A DNA stretch of 64,000 bases from Podospora anserina (taxonomy: Eukaryota): assembly GCA_017654855.1 (NCBI GenBank), contig CM030336.1:2666001-2730000 (forward strand), in the 5' to 3' direction. Under the pieces are notes generated by a model. It was not told the origin of the DNA, made no database searches, and saw nothing but the letters and a program-made list of their open reading frames with translations. The position numbers and the translations under genes are program-made. Shown here one piece after another: positions 60,530 to 64,000 of the stretch (positions are counted from its first letter, which is position 1; each line of letters begins with the position of its first letter).

Positions 60530-62300
60530 GGTTGAATTCCATGCCGTGAGCTGTAGCTCACTATAGGCAGGTTGACTAAGCCTCCTCGAGCTGCTGGCAG
60601 TTAATGCCGGAATTTTTCCCGAAGGCTAGTATATTCGTATCGTTGGCGAAACTCACCAGGCTTATACCTAGCTATTTATCTTTAAGCTTCTTATATAAGG
60701 AGGCGATATATAAGATAAAGAGGATTACTAAGAAAGGGAAGCCTTATGGAACTCTAGCTTAAATACTAATTTTCTATATCTTTTAGCCGTTAAAGGAAAG
60801 TATAGCTGTTCGGTCTATTAGCCAGTTCCTTACGTAGTATATAAGCTACTATAAGAAACCTTAATCTGGGGGAGTTACGAGTCGTTAAATACAATTTACT
60901 TTATCGAAAGTACTTATCAGATCGAGCAACAGTAATATACCTATAACACGCGATCTCCAGGCCTTTCTAATTTAAGCTATTATTAGTTTTATTACTAGGT
61001 TTATAAACCTATACTCTCTATTACCTATTTATTTCTTTAAAAGTAATTTATATTACTCGGCTATTTCTATTATCCATAATACTCAACCAGTGGGTATACC
61101 GTAAAAGTGTGTGAAAAGGGATGGTTAAAATTAAAAAGAGGCTGGCGAGCAAGCATCCCACTTAAAAAAGTGTGAGACCTACACCCTGGGTTAGGCGGGT
61201 GCCTGGCAGGCCAGTCAGGTGACAAAGTGACTGTGTGACGAACTTCTGTACAGAACCTCTGAAAGGGATACGGGTTGAAGGTAACTTCTGACAATTGGTT
61301 CGGTGCAGCTAAACAGTGCACAACAAGATGTCTCAATGTAAACACAAGATACCGTGAATACAATTGTGAATTGCATACTGCGGAACTATCTACAAGCTAT
61401 CTAGTTCCTCCGTATATATAGACCTGTGGATCACCTGGATCGCGTTCCCTAGCGGTGATCCGGATCACATCCTCCACCTGAGGCTCACTATGATCACCGT
61501 GATCCTGTCGCTCTGCTCACTGGGATCACCATGAGCCTTTCGCTCCTCTTCCGACTGGTCCGTAATGACTGGCCAGGGGCGCCCCGCGCCCCGTGCGTTG
61601 GTCCCCCACCAACGATTGTGACAGACTGGCCTGTGCTTGCTCACAGCAGCTGACCTCCGTCTTTATTTAATCCGTACAGTCTTATCCTTTCCTTCCTTTG
61701 AGTATCAATCCATTTTATGATTACTATCTTAATAATTTTCCTAATAATAGATAATAGCGATATTAGCCTATATCCTCCCGGTGTCTAGTATTTTACTGGG
61801 TTTTTCCTAGGCTTAGGTAAAACTATAGCTATAGCCTCCTTAAACCTCTCGAAGTACTACTTTAATTCGAAATATCTCTGTACTAATACTACTAGAACTT
61901 TATAGAGTAGGTTACTACTGGCCTTTAAAAAGCCGATCGGTAGGTGGTTATGTCCGGGTGCTTTCCATGGCAAGGCTCTATGTAAGGCTAGTTTAATATC
62001 GTCAGGCCCGTATCCTCTGGTCCGTCTAGAAAAGTAACTCCCAAAGCGTAGACAAAGTAGGGTCTTGGATATTTGGTAAGTCGGTTGGTGGGTCTGGAAA
62101 GAATCGATCGGTGAGGGCCGTGGCTTTTTGGTCGTGGGTAGTTAAAAGTGTACCGGTATCACGGCGGTTGCACCGTGATCGTCGTTAATCTAGTAATGGA
62201 GCTTAGCACGTGCAGAGTACGGGCCAATACAATTTAAATAACTTCATATCTCGCTACCGCGAGACCTATTTATAGCTCTTTGAGTTACATCTTGACAATA
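60530..62300. other. RIP-degraded AT-rich repeat-derived sequence, family not identified
   Basis: TpA-rich and CpA-poor; no recognisable ORF. Confidence 0.5.
61234..61623 (-). mobile_element. Solo LTR (crapaud-like)
   Basis: TGTGACG...TGTGACA, TSD GACTG. Confidence 0.93.
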
Positions 62301-62487
62301 GAGCCTGCCCATACCCGACGGAACAAAGCCCAGACCGTAGCTTAGCTGAATATCACTGTCATTAATCTATCAACCTGTCTTGCCCGTGACAGACTGCTTC
62401 GCGGGCAGTAGTTTGATTTGTTGTGTGGATTAATCCACGGCTCTTGGATAGCCAAGAGGTCGAATTTTGCTTCCTCCAGCAGTAATT

Positions 62488-62850
62488 CTAGCTGGCTTGG
62501 TTGAGAGGCTTGATGCGAGGCAAAAGGTAGCTCTCAATGAAGTGCTTGTAGCCAAGAACGAAAGCACCATCGATCTGGCCGTCCGAGTCCGTCAGAGTGG
62601 TTCCACGTGTGACAAAATTGCCATGGTGGCTCAAGGTCAAGTTCTTGGGCTTCTCGTGGTTGTCGACCATCTCACAGTCCAAAAGGCAGTTGAGCGAGGT
62701 GTCTGCTTGGAGTGGGAAACGAGACTCGATCTCACGCATCTTGGCACCGTGGACAGGATCCTTGTAGGGGGGAGTAGTGTGGCAGCTTGTCACCAGATGC
62801 GCGAAGAGCTTGTGTTACTCTTCCCTGTCACAAAACAAGTACCATATGAT
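62488..62850 (-). pseudogene. Internal fragment of a hypothetical gene
   Basis: Coding-like LNCLLDCEMV...HGNF...DGAFVLGYKHFIESYLLPRIKPLNQAS, bounded by stop codons. Confidence 0.45.
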
Positions 62851-62916
62851 GTGGAGAAAATCTCCGTGTTTCTAGCTAGGCCACTGGCTACTACTCTACC
62901 AAGCCCCCAATCTAGC

Positions 62917-63608
62917 CTAAGGCTTTCTCGCCAAAGCAGCTTGAAAACCCGGGCACCCCTTCCTCAAATCATCCTTCGTAACCTTGTGCTTAGCATCTCT
63001 CTTCGCCTGCCTAAGACCACGCCCAGAATTCTTGACAGCACTCTGCTGGAACTCCAACGGCGCGACGGCGAAGTCGGCATCAGACATGCACAAGTGAAGG
63101 TGCATCTCTCCCGTGTTCACACGGCAACTTCTAGCATCGGGGTGGTCATCCTCCTGGTAGACATTCACGCAGATTGCGTTCTTCTTGCACTACAGAATTT
63201 GGCATGTGTTGTAGGCAGGCTCGGAAGAGCCAGGGAAAGTGACTTGGACGTAGACGTTTTGGTCGTTGAAAGGGCTTGCCGTAAAGGCCGGGGCCTTAAG
63301 CTGGTATTTGTCTGGACCTTGTCCCCACGGCGAATCTTGACCGAGACGCCTTTGTCGTTCTTCAGAATGACATAGCCGTGTGCAGAGCCTGCCGCTGCCT
63401 TAAAGGGCTCACCACCCTTGCCGATACAGAGGTCGTTCACGCCCTTGTCACAGGCCTTGGGGTCGTCAGCAGAGGCGCTGTGCCACCAGTACAGGGGGAA
63501 GCTGCAGTGGTTGTGGACTTGAACCAAGTCGGCAGCGGAGGCGGACTGGGTGAGGAGGCCGAATGTATCGGCCAGGCCGGCTAGAAAGAAGTTGGTAAAG
63601 GAATGCAT
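62917..63608 (-). pseudogene. Secreted Bys1/thaumatin-like protein gene with a frameshift and stop
   Basis: Signal peptide, VHNHCSFPLYWW, GVSVKI, then a second frame with CVNVYQEDD...ARSC...GEMHLHLC. Confidence 0.6.
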
Positions 63609-64000
63609 TTTGCTGGCTTTTCGATGTAGGTGAGGATGATGGGGAGAGAAAGAATTCTAGAAAGAAAGTTGACAGATATATATACGTCTTGAAGGCCCCT
63701 CAAGAGCAGAGTGAACGAACTGGCGGAGTGGATCTGTGGAGGTAGCTAAATCTCTGATGGGTAACGAGTTGATGCTCCTGGTTTTGTTGAAAAGTAGCTC
63801 TTGCTGGAAATCTTGATAGACTATGTGGTGATAGCTTGATATCTTACTCATGTGAGAGCAAAGAGCAACCCGTTCCCTGTTACAAGTATCTGCTCTCAGA
63901 TACAGGTGGGTATTAGTTCCTTACAAAACCCAGTTCTACTGGTTCAAAGCCATTATGCTGCTCTTTCAACTTGACATGAAGTATGACTATAACCAGAGGA

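Noticed and set aside
62467-63375. 302-aa plus-strand ORF
   Set aside because: Antisense shadow of minus-strand gene remnants; no motifs.
33000-64000. Spok meiotic-drive genes or a Starship captain
   Set aside because: No ORF or remnant resembling SPOK or DUF3435 recombinase was recognised in this window.

Overview
Eukaryotic fungal DNA from a Sordariales ascomycete, most likely Podospora. This rests on GT-AG introns with CTAAC/CTGAC branch sites, a strong RIP signature in repeats, and TE structure. The window has two parts. About 1-33 kb is gene-dense and mostly intact: a degenerate NACHT/NLR gene, a WSC sensor, enoyl-CoA hydratase, an LEA protein, nucleoporin Nup37 and a Rossmann-fold protein. 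It also holds a five-gene cluster at 17.2-29.3 kb: SAM methyltransferase, POT/PTR peptide transporter, ferric/cupric reductase, ATP-grasp ligase and a cysteine-synthase-like PLP enzyme fused to rhodanese. All four promoter regions of this cluster carry repeated AACTTGCTCA/TTTGCTCA motifs resembling the Mac1/GRISEA copper-starvation element. This is my main candidate for an undescribed system, an NRPS-independent copper-chelator (chalkophore) synthesis and uptake cluster, and it is an inference. Two paralogous RNase T1-like genes lacking signal peptides lie at 29.6 and 33.7 kb. About 35-64 kb is an accessory, TE-riddled region. It contains a full-length RIP-mutated copia element, three Fot1/pogo elements and many solo LTRs with target-site duplications. 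These interrupt a beta-prism gene, a Tc-toxin/RHS gene, a trypsin-like protease-kinase pair and other genes. No tRNA, rRNA, CRISPR array or Starship captain gene was recognised.
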